The position numbers and the translations under genes are program-made. From an uncultured delta proteobacterium (GTDB lineage: Bacteria; Myxococcota_A; Polyangia; Fen-1088): a DNA stretch of 64,000 nucleotides. The stretch spans positions 1,568,001-1,632,000 of the forward strand of contig CAVYGB010000008.1 of the NCBI GenBank assembly GCA_963767925.1. The letters are read 5' to 3'. Shown here in pieces: positions 19,859 through 28,133 of the stretch; within the stretch, counting starts at the first letter, position 1; each line of letters opens with the position of its first letter. Under the pieces are notes generated by a model. It saw only the letters and a program-made list of their open reading frames with translations, did no database searches and was not told where the DNA came from.

Positions 19859-21112
19859 TCAGCGCCCCCGCTCGCGGGGTGAGGCCGGCAGGGGGGACTC
19901 CTTCAGGGCGTCGCGCAGGGTTCGCTTTCCCGCCGCCACCTCCTCGATAACCGCGTTCAGCTCTACGAGCGCCTGATCGGCCTGCTCCGACTGGCGTGGC
20001 AGGCCCCCCCGCTTGACGGTTCCCAGGTAGGTGGTCACGAGGAACACCCGCAGCACCTCCTTGCGCTCGGCCGGAAAGGCGTCGATGTAGGCCTCCAGCA
20101 GGTCGACGACGTCGCCCGGCGGGCGCCCGTGCAGCACCGCCCGGCCCCAGCCGGTGAACAGCTTGGCCTGAAAGTTCCGGATCGGCCCCAGCACGGCCGC
20201 CCCGCTGACGCCTGCCGGCAGGGGCCCGGACACGAACGGAAGATATGTCTCGGGCGAAGCCACCGCCTGCGCCACCGGACGAAGCTGGGCCATGCGGTAG
20301 ATGACGGTGGCGGCCACCCGCGGGTCTGACAGCAGCTCGGCCGGCGGGCGGAGGCGCTTTCCGTCCTCCGCCAGCGCCGCCCGGTTGTCGCGGATGGCGG
20401 CGAACAGGCTGCGCTGGGTCTCGCTCCCAGCGGTCGTGGGGACCGCGCCGCTCGGCCCGCGCCCCATCCGCCATTCCCGGGCGATGACCTCCATCGCCAT
20501 CCGGTAGGCCCCGGCCAGCGGTGTCTCCTGCGGGGCAGCCGCGCCGGACCCGCCGAGGATCCAGCTCAGGGCGTGGGCGGCCAGCCGCCCGGTGACCGTC
20601 TGCACGGCCGCCTTGTCCTCGACCAGATCTCCGGGTAACCCCAGCCAGGTGGTGCCCGGACGCTCGAGCGGAGCGCGCAGCCAGCGCGTCAGCGCGAGGC
20701 CCTTGCTGCGAGGCTCCGGGCTCTCCTGCCCCAGGACGAGACAGAGCGGCTCGAGGGCCTCCCGGCGCAGCCGATCGTCGTAGCGGCGTCCACCAGGCGC
20801 TCCGTTGCGCACGAGCTGCTTGGCGAGATGAACCGTGCGGATCATCTCTGCGGCAAAACCGTCGGCAAACAGCCGGGCCAGGAGCAGCCCGGGCGCCCCG
20901 TCGGGGTCGAGCGTCTCGACCAGAGGAAAGCCGCCCGGGGACGGCCCCGCCGGAGGGCCCACCGGGGCGTACAGCAGGTACGAATCGGCGGCGCCGAGGG
21001 GCGTCTCGCTGCCGCCACAGCCCGCAGCCGCCAGCAGGCTCAGCCCCAGTAGTCCCCCGATCCGGCCCCTCCCGGAGCGCCACGGCTCGAGCCGCGCCAT
21101 CATGCGCCTCAA
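19859..21112 (-). CDS. hypothetical lipoprotein
   Basis: Lipobox LLAAAG-C; long ORF with host-like codon bias. Confidence 0.6.
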   Translation of the reverse strand: MRRMMARLEPWRSGRGRIGGLLGLSLLAAAGCGGSETPLGAADSYLLYAPVGPPAGPSPGGFPLVETLDPDGAPGLLLARLFADGFAAEMIRTVHLAKQLVRNGAPGGRRYDDRLRREALEPLCLVLGQESPEPRSKGLALTRWLRAPLERPGTTWLGLPGDLVEDKAAVQTVTGRLAAHALSWILGGSGAAAPQETPLAGAYRMAMEVIAREWRMGRGPSGAVPTTAGSETQRSLFAAIRDNRAALAEDGKRLRPPAELLSDPRVAATVIYRMAQLRPVAQAVASPETYLPFVSGPLPAGVSGAAVLGPIRNFQAKLFTGWGRAVLHGRPPGDVVDLLEAYIDAFPAERKEVLRVFLVTTYLGTVKRGGLPRQSEQADQALVELNAVIEEVAAGKRTLRDALKESPLPASPRERGR

Positions 21113-21167
21113 TCTACCCTACCGCTGGCGCGGTCTCACGGATCCAGGGTAGAAAGCCAGGTTCAAC

Positions 21168-21241
21168 GGCCCCGTAGCTCAGATGGATAGAGCAACGGTT
21201 TCCTAAACCGTAGGCCGCCCGTTCGAATCGGGCCGGGGTCA
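21168..21241 (+). tRNA. tRNA-Arg(CCT)
   Basis: GGCCCCG/CGGGGTC acceptor, ACGGT-TTCCTAA-ACCGT anticodon arm, GCCCG-TTCGAAT-CGGGC T arm; CCA not encoded. Confidence 0.95.
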
Positions 21242-22969
21242 CATCGAGGCCCAGCGCTCCACCTCGGCGCGCAGCAGGGCCAGGCTGACCGCCCCGTGGG
21301 CGAGGACAGCGTCGTGAAACGCGCGGATGTCGAAGCGGGCGCCCAGGCGCTGCTCGGCCTGCTGGCGCAGGGCGAAGATCTCCCGCTGGCCGAGCTTGTA
21401 AGCCAGGGCTTGCCCCGGCCAGGCGACGTAGCGATCGACCTCGTTCTCGATGTTGTTGCCGGCGAGGGCGGTGTTTTCGGTCAGGTAGGTGATGGCCTGC
21501 TGCCGGCTCCAGCCCTTGACGTGGATGCCGGTGTCGACGACCAGGCGGCTGGCCCGCCAGGCGTCGAAGCTGAGCATGCCCATGCGGTCGAGGTCCCCGG
21601 AATAGAGCCCCATCTCCGCCGCCAGGCGCTCGGTGTAGAGGGCCCAGCCCTCGACGTAGGCCGTGACGCCCAGGTGCTTGCGGAACTCGGGCAAGGCGCC
21701 TTGCTCCTGGGCCAGGGCGATCTGGGTGTGGTGGCCGGGGACCGACTCGTGAAAGGCGAGCACCTCGGCCTCGTAGCGCGGGCGGGTGGTCGGGGCGTAG
21801 GTGTTGACGTGGTAGGTGCCCGGCCGGGAGCCGTCGATGGCCGGCTGGCGGTAATAGGCGATCGTCGTGTCCCGCTCCTCGTAGGGCTCGACCCGCTTGA
21901 CCAGGCAGGGGGTCCGCGGCAGGCGACCGAACCAGGCGGGCGTGGCGGCCTCGGCGCGGGCCAGCGCCTCGCGGGCCTTGTTCTCCACCTCCTCCCGGGT
22001 CGTGAAGTAGAGGGCCGGATCGCTGCGCAGCCGTCCCTGGATGGCGCCCAGATCGGCCGTGCCGAACAGGCGTTTCCCGAGCGCCGTCATCTCCGCCCGG
22101 ATGCGGGCGTTCTCCTCGATGCCGATCGTGTGGATCTCGTCGGCGCCGAGGTCCAGGGAGGTGTGGACGCCGATGTAGCGCTGGTAGCAGATCCCGCCCT
22201 CGGGGATGTGCAGCAGGCCGACCTGCTCGTCGCCCCGGGCTCGGGGGAGGAGCTCGTCGCGCAGGAGCGCGCGGTAGCGCTCGAACGCGGGGCGGATGCC
22301 CGCCTCGACGGCACCTTCCACCGCGTCGGCGAGGGCCCGACGCTCCGGTTCGCTCCAGTCGGGATGGGGCGCCCGGGCGGGCTCGCTCAGGACCCAGGAG
22401 GCGCTGGGCTGGCCCAGCAGCTCGTCGAGCTGCCGCAGCACCCGCCCGACCGCCTCCCGGGTGGCGATCCGTCCCTCCCCCGCCGCCCGCCGCAGGTTCG
22501 CCAGGCGGCCGTCGAGGTAAGGTCCCATCTTCTGCCAGCGGGCCGCCAGCGCTCGACCCTCGCCGGGCGTCTTGATCGCCTGCAGGTGGGCCAGGTTCAG
22601 GAACATCACCTGGGGACCCTCGAGGGGGTCGACCGCCCACTCGGCAAAGGCGCAGCGGCGCACCGCGATCTCGTTGTCGATCTCCCCGCGCAGGGCGCCC
22701 TGGGTGACCCGGTCGACGTCGCCCAGGGCGGTGGCGTCCAGCGCGCCCACCCGCGTGGCCAGGTCGCTCAGGTGTCCCAGCTCGCGCTGGTTGGCCTCGG
22801 GAGCGGGATCGGGGAGCTGGTCGTCGTACCGGCGATCGCCGAGCAGGGTGGCCTCGATCGGGTCGGCGGCCAGGCGCCGCTGCCAATATTCGTCGGCCAG
22901 GCCAGCCAGCGCCGTGGCGGCCGCGCGTCGCCTCTCCTCTTGGTCAGGCATGGTGGTCGCGCGCTCCAT
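21239..22969 (-). CDS. DUF885 family protein
   Basis: AFHESVPGHHTQ, AYVEGWALYTE, RLVVDTGIH, EVDRY..WPGQALAYKLG. Confidence 0.9.
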   Translation of the reverse strand: MERATTMPDQEERRRAAATALAGLADEYWQRRLAADPIEATLLGDRRYDDQLPDPAPEANQRELGHLSDLATRVGALDATALGDVDRVTQGALRGEIDNEIAVRRCAFAEWAVDPLEGPQVMFLNLAHLQAIKTPGEGRALAARWQKMGPYLDGRLANLRRAAGEGRIATREAVGRVLRQLDELLGQPSASWVLSEPARAPHPDWSEPERRALADAVEGAVEAGIRPAFERYRALLRDELLPRARGDEQVGLLHIPEGGICYQRYIGVHTSLDLGADEIHTIGIEENARIRAEMTALGKRLFGTADLGAIQGRLRSDPALYFTTREEVENKAREALARAEAATPAWFGRLPRTPCLVKRVEPYEERDTTIAYYRQPAIDGSRPGTYHVNTYAPTTRPRYEAEVLAFHESVPGHHTQIALAQEQGALPEFRKHLGVTAYVEGWALYTERLAAEMGLYSGDLDRMGMLSFDAWRASRLVVDTGIHVKGWSRQQAITYLTENTALAGNNIENEVDRYVAWPGQALAYKLGQREIFALRQQAEQRLGARFDIRAFHDAVLAHGAVSLALLRAEVERWASM

Positions 22970-22970
22970 C

Positions 22971-23612
22971 TTACACCGCGCCCGGGCGGCCGCTCTTCCG
23001 CCAGTGAACCACCCGGATGGCCAGCAGCAGGGCGAGCACGCCGGCGAAGATCAGCGGCTCGAGCAGGTCGACCTTGACGCGCCAGATGAAGTGAATCACC
23101 CCGGCCGCCGCTGCCAGGTACACGAGCCGGTGCAGCCGCTTCCAGCGGGGGAAGCCCAGCCGCTTGACCATCCGGTTCGTCGACGTGAGGGCCAGCGGCA
23201 GCAGCAGCAAGAAGGCCAGGACCCCCACCGTGATGAACTTGCGCTTGGCGATGTCCTCCCAGATGGCCCCCCAGTCGAAGAACTGGTCGAGGACGAGATA
23301 GACCGAGAGGTGCAGGCCGGCGTAGCCGAAGGAGAACAGCCCCAGCATGCGCCGGAGCGCGAGCGGCCAGCTCCAGCCGGTTAGGATCTTGATCGGCGTG
23401 CAGGCCAGCGAGGTCAGGAGCAAGACCAGCGTCCAGAAGCCCAGCCGGTTCATCACCTCGGCGATGGGGTTGGCCCCCAGGCGATCGGTCAGGAGCCGGA
23501 CCAGCAGGGCGGCGGCGGGCAGGGTCGCCAGGGTGGCCACCGCGACCTTGAGCAGGGTCCGGCGGAGCTTGCTGGCCCGGGATCGACCCTCGACCTTCCG
23601 CGGCTCACTCAC
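22971..23612 (-). CDS. msrQ: methionine sulfoxide reductase heme-binding subunit
   Basis: LGANPI, RRMLGL..FGYAGLH, LALTS, WKRLHRLVY. Confidence 0.9.
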   Translation of the reverse strand: MSEPRKVEGRSRASKLRRTLLKVAVATLATLPAAALLVRLLTDRLGANPIAEVMNRLGFWTLVLLLTSLACTPIKILTGWSWPLALRRMLGLFSFGYAGLHLSVYLVLDQFFDWGAIWEDIAKRKFITVGVLAFLLLLPLALTSTNRMVKRLGFPRWKRLHRLVYLAAAAGVIHFIWRVKVDLLEPLIFAGVLALLLAIRVVHWRKSGRPGAV

Positions 23613-23635
23613 GGGTGGATCCGTCCCCGCTCGCC

Positions 23636-24610
23636 TCAGAAGTGCTTCCGCAGGTCGAGGCCCCGGTACAGCGAGGCCACCTCGGCTCCGTAGCCGTTGA
23701 AGGGCAGCGTCTTGCGCTTGAGGAACTCGCCGATGCGCCGTTCGCGAGCCTGGCTCCAGCGCGGGTGGTCCACCTCGGGGTTCACGTTGGCGTAAAAGCC
23801 ATATTCCTGGGGCGCGCTGAGGTTCCAGGAGGTGGGGGGCTCCCGCTCGCTGAGGCGGATGTTCACGATCGACTTGATCCCCTTGAACCCGTATTTCCAG
23901 GGGACGACCAGGCGAATCGGCGCCCCGTTCTGGCCGGGCAGGACCCGGCCATAGATCCCGACTGCCAGCAACGTCAGCGGGTGCATCGCCTCGTCCAGGC
24001 GCAGCCCCTCGACGTAGGGCCACTCGAGGATCTGACGCCGCTGCCCGGGCATCTGCTCGGGCGCGTGCAAGGTCTTGAGCTCGACGTATTTTGCCCGGGA
24101 GGTCGGCTCGAGGAGCTTGATGAGCGACGCCAGGGGGAAGCCGACCCAGGGGATCACCATCGACCATGCCTCGACGCAGCGGAAGCGGTAGACCCGCTCC
24201 TCGAGGGGGAACATCTTCAGGAGCTTGTCGATCTCGAAGGTCCGCGCCTTGGCCACCTCGCCGTCGCAGGTGATGGTCCAGGGCCGCGTCTTCAGGGTGT
24301 GGGCGTGTTCGGCCGGGTCGGACTTCGAGGTGCCGAACTCGTAGAAGTTGTTGTAGCTCGCGACGTCCTTGAAGGGCGTCTTGCTCTCGTCGACGGCGTG
24401 GGCGCTCTTCTTGACGTCGGGCAGGGCCGCGAACTGGCTCTCCTGCACCGTCGCCGCCCGCGCCTGGCCACCGAAGGCCGGGCCCAGCGCCGCCAGCCCC
24501 GCGCCCAGGCTGGCGCCACCGCGCAGGAAGTCCCTCCGGTTGTGGTACAGGCGCTCGGGGGTGACTTCGTGCCCGAGGATGGCTTTACCCAGTTGCTCGT
24601 CGTGCGCCAT
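23636..24610 (-). CDS. msrP: periplasmic Mo-dependent methionine sulfoxide reductase catalytic subunit
   Basis: Tat motif [45 protein letters not shown]. Confidence 0.95.
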   Translation of the reverse strand: MAHDEQLGKAILGHEVTPERLYHNRRDFLRGGASLGAGLAALGPAFGGQARAATVQESQFAALPDVKKSAHAVDESKTPFKDVASYNNFYEFGTSKSDPAEHAHTLKTRPWTITCDGEVAKARTFEIDKLLKMFPLEERVYRFRCVEAWSMVIPWVGFPLASLIKLLEPTSRAKYVELKTLHAPEQMPGQRRQILEWPYVEGLRLDEAMHPLTLLAVGIYGRVLPGQNGAPIRLVVPWKYGFKGIKSIVNIRLSEREPPTSWNLSAPQEYGFYANVNPEVDHPRWSQARERRIGEFLKRKTLPFNGYGAEVASLYRGLDLRKHF

Positions 24611-24629
24611 GTGTATAGGACTTTCTGCC

Positions 24630-25142
24630 ATGGAGCCGGCCAGCTTGCCGACGATTCTGGAGATCAAACGGACCCTCGGCGGCGCGCGCAAGGAATTTCG
24701 CTGCCGCCTGGTGGAGCGTCAGTCCGACCGCGCCATCGTGCTCTTCGTCGCCGACCGGGCCTACCAGGTGCCGGGGCTCGCCTTGCCCCCGGGCACCGTC
24801 ACCCTCGGCCATTTCTGGCCGGGCCGGCCTTACAACGTCTACCACTGGATGCAGCCCTCGGGGACCACCCTGGCCCACTACTTCAACCTCGCCACCGACA
24901 CGTCGATCGACGCCGAGACCATCCGCTGGACCGACCTGACCCTCGACGTGCTGGTGCAACCGGGGACACCGCCGGTGGTCCTCGACGAGGACGAGCTGCC
25001 GGCCGACCTGGACCCGGACACGCGTTCCCGGATCGACGCCGCCCGCAGCGCCGTCCTGGAGCAGCAAGGGGCGGTGGTGGCGAACCTGGAGGAACAGGCC
25101 GGCGCGATCTGGCCGCGGCTCTTCGGAGTCAGCCGGCTGTGA
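24630..25142 (+). CDS. DUF402 family protein
   Basis: [32 protein letters not shown]. Confidence 0.75.
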   Translation: MEPASLPTILEIKRTLGGARKEFRCRLVERQSDRAIVLFVADRAYQVPGLALPPGTVTLGHFWPGRPYNVYHWMQPSGTTLAHYFNLATDTSIDAETIRWTDLTLDVLVQPGTPPVVLDEDELPADLDPDTRSRIDAARSAVLEQQGAVVANLEEQAGAIWPRLFGVSRL

Positions 25143-25618
25143 TCACCCTGGTGCAGCGGGTGACCCGGGCCGAGGTGCAGGTCGGCGGAGAAGTGGTCGG
25201 CCAGATCGGCGCCGGGCTGTTGCTGTTCGTTGGCGTGGAGCGCGGCGACAGCGAGCGGGACGCCGACGCGACCGCCCGCAAGGTGGCGGCCCTGCGCATC
25301 TTCGCCGGCAAACATCCCATGGACCTCTCGGTGCGGGACGTGGGCGGCGCCTGCCTGGTGGTCAGCCAGTTCACGCTGGCTGGCTCCCTCCGCAAGGGCA
25401 ACCGGCCCGGCTTCGAAGGCGCGGAGGCGCCCGAGAGCGCGCGCGCCCTCTACGAGCGGGTCGTCGAGAAGCTGGCCGGCGAGGGGTTGCCGGTGGCGAC
25501 CGGCCGCTTCGCGGCGGACATGCAGGTCTCGCTGACCAACGACGGCCCGGTCACGTTCGTCGTGGTGGTGCGCGACGGCGCGGTCAGGGACTTGACTCCA
25601 GGAACCGCAGGGGGTTGA
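25139..25618 (+). CDS. dtd: D-aminoacyl-tRNA deacylase
   Basis: QRVTRA, VSQFTL, KGNRP, FAADMQVSLTNDGPVT. Confidence 0.93.
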   Translation: MITLVQRVTRAEVQVGGEVVGQIGAGLLLFVGVERGDSERDADATARKVAALRIFAGKHPMDLSVRDVGGACLVVSQFTLAGSLRKGNRPGFEGAEAPESARALYERVVEKLAGEGLPVATGRFAADMQVSLTNDGPVTFVVVVRDGAVRDLTPGTAGG

Positions 25619-26345
25619 GGGGCACGTGGCCCCGCCGCACCTCGAAGTGCAGGTGGGGACCGGTAGCGCGCCCGCTCTGACCGACGCGGGCGATGGTCTG
25701 CCCGGCCCTCACCCGGTCACCCACCTGGACCAGGAGCACGGAGTTGTGGGCGTAGGCCGTCAGCAGGTCGTTCGCGTGCTGCAAGACGACCATGTTGCCG
25801 TAGCCCTGCAAGGTGTTGCCGGCGTAGAGCACCCGCCCCTCGCGGGCGGCCAGCACCGGCGTCCCGCTCGGTGCCGCCAGGTCGATCCCCTCGTGCTTGC
25901 GGCCCCAGCGCCGGCCGAAGGCGGAGGTGATGCGTCCCTCGGGGAGGGGCCAGCGCAGCTCCTCCTTCGCGGGCGTCGCCGCCGGGCTCTCCCTGACGAT
26001 CGCCACCGGGGCCGGCGGGCTCCCGGTCGGATCGCCGGCGGTCGGAAGGGCGGCCAGCGCCCCGAGATCGGAGGCCAGCACGAAGATCACCTGGCCCGAG
26101 CTGAGGGGCGCATCCGGGGCCAGTCCGTTGATCTCGGCGAGATCCTCGAGCGGCACCCGCTGCGAGCGGGCCAGCGCGTCGAGCGTGTCTCCCTCCCGCA
26201 CGACGTAGAAGGACCCCTCCGGGACGGTCGGATGCATGGGGGGCGGGGGGGCATGGCCGCAGGCCCCCTGGGCGACGGCCAGCGCCAGCAAGGTCGGCCC
26301 CAGGAGCCCGAGGGGAGCTCGGCCCGGCCGCGCCCGCGGAGCCAC
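25584..26345 (-). CDS. LysM + M23 peptidase lipoprotein (NlpD-like)
   Basis: Lipobox QGA-C, LysM (YVVREGDTL), HEGIDL, YAHN, ATGPHLHFEVR; follows surE. Confidence 0.88.
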   Translation of the reverse strand: MAPRARPGRAPLGLLGPTLLALAVAQGACGHAPPPPMHPTVPEGSFYVVREGDTLDALARSQRVPLEDLAEINGLAPDAPLSSGQVIFVLASDLGALAALPTAGDPTGSPPAPVAIVRESPAATPAKEELRWPLPEGRITSAFGRRWGRKHEGIDLAAPSGTPVLAAREGRVLYAGNTLQGYGNMVVLQHANDLLTAYAHNSVLLVQVGDRVRAGQTIARVGQSGRATGPHLHFEVRRGHVPLNPLRFLESSP

Positions 26346-26347
26346 CT

Positions 26348-27175
26348 TCAGCCCGCCTCCTCCGGCCCGGGCTCGGCGCCCACCTCCCGGGCGGCCTCGC
26401 CCGCGTGGGGCTCGAAGCCCGGCACCTGCCAGCCGGTGAGCTCGGCGATGAGCTGGCGGCTCGTCAGATCGAGCCCCAGGGGCGTGACCGAGATCCGGGC
26501 GGCGCGCACGGCGTTGGTGTCCGAGCCGGCGAGGTCCTCCACCTCGGCCTCCGGCCCGCCGATCCAGTAGTAGGCCCGTCCGCGCAGGTCTTGCCTCACG
26601 TCCACCAGATCACGGTAGACGCGCCGGCCGAGGAAAGTAATCTCGTAGTCGGTGATCGGGGCCGCAGGGACGTTCACGTTGAGGAGGGCTCCCGGCGGGA
26701 TCGCCCCAGGGCCGCGCGCGAGGACCTCCCCCACCAGCGCCCGCACGAAGGCCGCCGCGGGGGCAAAGTCTGACTGGCGGCGTCGTTCCAGGGAAAACGC
26801 GACGCCGGGCACGCCCCGCAGGGCGCCCTCGACCGCGGCCGCGACGGTGCCCGAATAGAACACGTCGGATCCGAGGTTGTAGCCGTGGTTGATCCCCGAC
26901 ACGACCAGGTCGGGCCGGCGCGGCACCAGGTGAAGCAACGCGAGGTAGACGCAGTCGACCGGCGTGCCATCGATCGAGAAGACGCCCGGGCGAATCTCGT
27001 CGGCCCGCAGCGGACGGTCGAGGCTGATCGAGTGAGAGGTCGCGCTTCGCTCGCGATCGGGCGCCGCCACGATGAGCTCGCCGAGGGGCCGCAAGGCCTC
27101 CTCGGCGGCCGCGATGCCAGGCGCGTGCACCCCGTCGTCGTTCGAGATCAGGATGAGTGGCCGGCGCGTTTCCAT
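26348..27175 (-). CDS. surE: 5'/3'-nucleotidase SurE
   Basis: ILISNDDG, GTPVDCV, VSGINHGYNLG, YSGTVAAA. Confidence 0.95.
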   Translation of the reverse strand: METRRPLILISNDDGVHAPGIAAAEEALRPLGELIVAAPDRERSATSHSISLDRPLRADEIRPGVFSIDGTPVDCVYLALLHLVPRRPDLVVSGINHGYNLGSDVFYSGTVAAAVEGALRGVPGVAFSLERRRQSDFAPAAAFVRALVGEVLARGPGAIPPGALLNVNVPAAPITDYEITFLGRRVYRDLVDVRQDLRGRAYYWIGGPEAEVEDLAGSDTNAVRAARISVTPLGLDLTSRQLIAELTGWQVPGFEPHAGEAAREVGAEPGPEEAG

Positions 27176-27177
27176 GG

Positions 27178-27209
27178 AAAGGGCCCGAGAACCCCCTCGG
27201 GTTCCCTCG
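27178..27209 (-). terminator. hairpin 3' of tRNA-Pro (terminator or processing stem)
   Basis: Minus strand GGGAACCCGAG...CTCGGGCCC followed by TTT. Confidence 0.35.
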
Positions 27210-27214
27210 AAATT

Positions 27215-27291
<77 letters not shown>

Positions 27292-27310
27292 ATTTATGTG
27301 AGAGCAGGCT

Positions 27311-27339
27311 TTGTTATTTCAGTTTGGCGTCGAGTTCAA
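27311..27339 (-). promoter_or_regulatory. putative sigma70 promoter for tRNA-Pro
   Basis: TTGAAC-17 bp-TAACAA on minus strand, ~20 nt before the tRNA. Confidence 0.45.
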
Positions 27340-27363
27340 ACTCTTTCTGTCAGTCGACGCGGA

Positions 27364-27741
27364 TCATTCCTGGACGAGGCGGAGCAGGTCGACGATGCCC
27401 TGCTTGAGCTTGCGCAATGTCTCCCGGTCGACGACGCGCGCGGGCTGCGGCGCCGCCGGCTCGTCCCGCCCTTGCTCACGCAGCCAGGCGCGCGCGCCGG
27501 CGATGGTGTAGCGCTGCTCGTAGAGCAGGTGGCGGATCTGCAGCAGCAGGTCGATGTCCTTGCGCCGGTAGAGCCGCTGCTGGGAGGGCGTCTTCTGGGG
27601 GCGCAGGGAGCGGAACTCGGTCTCCCAGTAGCGGAGCACGTACGGCTGGACGCCACAGATGCGAGCGGCCTCGCCGATCTTGAAATACGGCTTCTCGGGA
27701 ATTCCCTGGTCGTTGACAGGTACGGAGACGCGTCGTGGCAA
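27364..27741 (-). CDS. MerR family transcriptional regulator
   Basis: IPEKPYFKIGEAA..CGVQPYVLRYWETEF; conserved ihfA-adjacent MerR type. Confidence 0.9.
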   Translation of the reverse strand: MPRRVSVPVNDQGIPEKPYFKIGEAARICGVQPYVLRYWETEFRSLRPQKTPSQQRLYRRKDIDLLLQIRHLLYEQRYTIAGARAWLREQGRDEPAAPQPARVVDRETLRKLKQGIVDLLRLVQE

Positions 27742-27759
27742 TGGGCCCCGGCTGGCGGC

Positions 27760-28038
27760 TTAGGTATTCAGAGCGTTCTTGAGAACCTGGCTCGGCTTGA
27801 AGGTGAGGACGCGCCGCGCGCTGATGGTGATCTCCTGGCCGGTCTGCGGGTTGCGGCCGGCGCGCGCGTTCTTGTCCCGCACAACGAAGTTGCCGAAGCC
27901 GGAAATCTTAATCTTTTCGCCCTTTTCCAGGGTCTCTTTGATCGTATCGAACACAGTCTCGACGATCTCGGCCGCTTCCTTCTTCGAGAACCCGCCCACC
28001 TTCTCATACACCGTCTCCACTATGTCGGCCTTCGTCAT
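27760..28038 (-). CDS. ihfA: integration host factor alpha
   Basis: MTKADIVE, KISGFGNF, GRNPQTG, RRVLTFKPSQVLK; downstream of pheT. Confidence 0.95.
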   Translation of the reverse strand: MTKADIVETVYEKVGGFSKKEAAEIVETVFDTIKETLEKGEKIKISGFGNFVVRDKNARAGRNPQTGQEITISARRVLTFKPSQVLKNALNT

Positions 28039-28044
28039 GATCCA

Positions 28045-28080
28045 CCTATACGCAAGAACCCCATAGAAGTCAAAGGGTTA
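28045..28080 (-). promoter_or_regulatory. ihfA promoter with overlapping IHF-like site
   Basis: TTGACT-17 bp-TATAGG on minus strand; plus strand AGTCAAAGGGTTA matches WATCAANNNNTTR with one mismatch. Confidence 0.5.
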
Positions 28081-28133
28081 CCTGATCTCAGGTGTGGGCC
28101 ACGGGGAGGCCGCGTGGCAGGTTCAGCGGGGGT

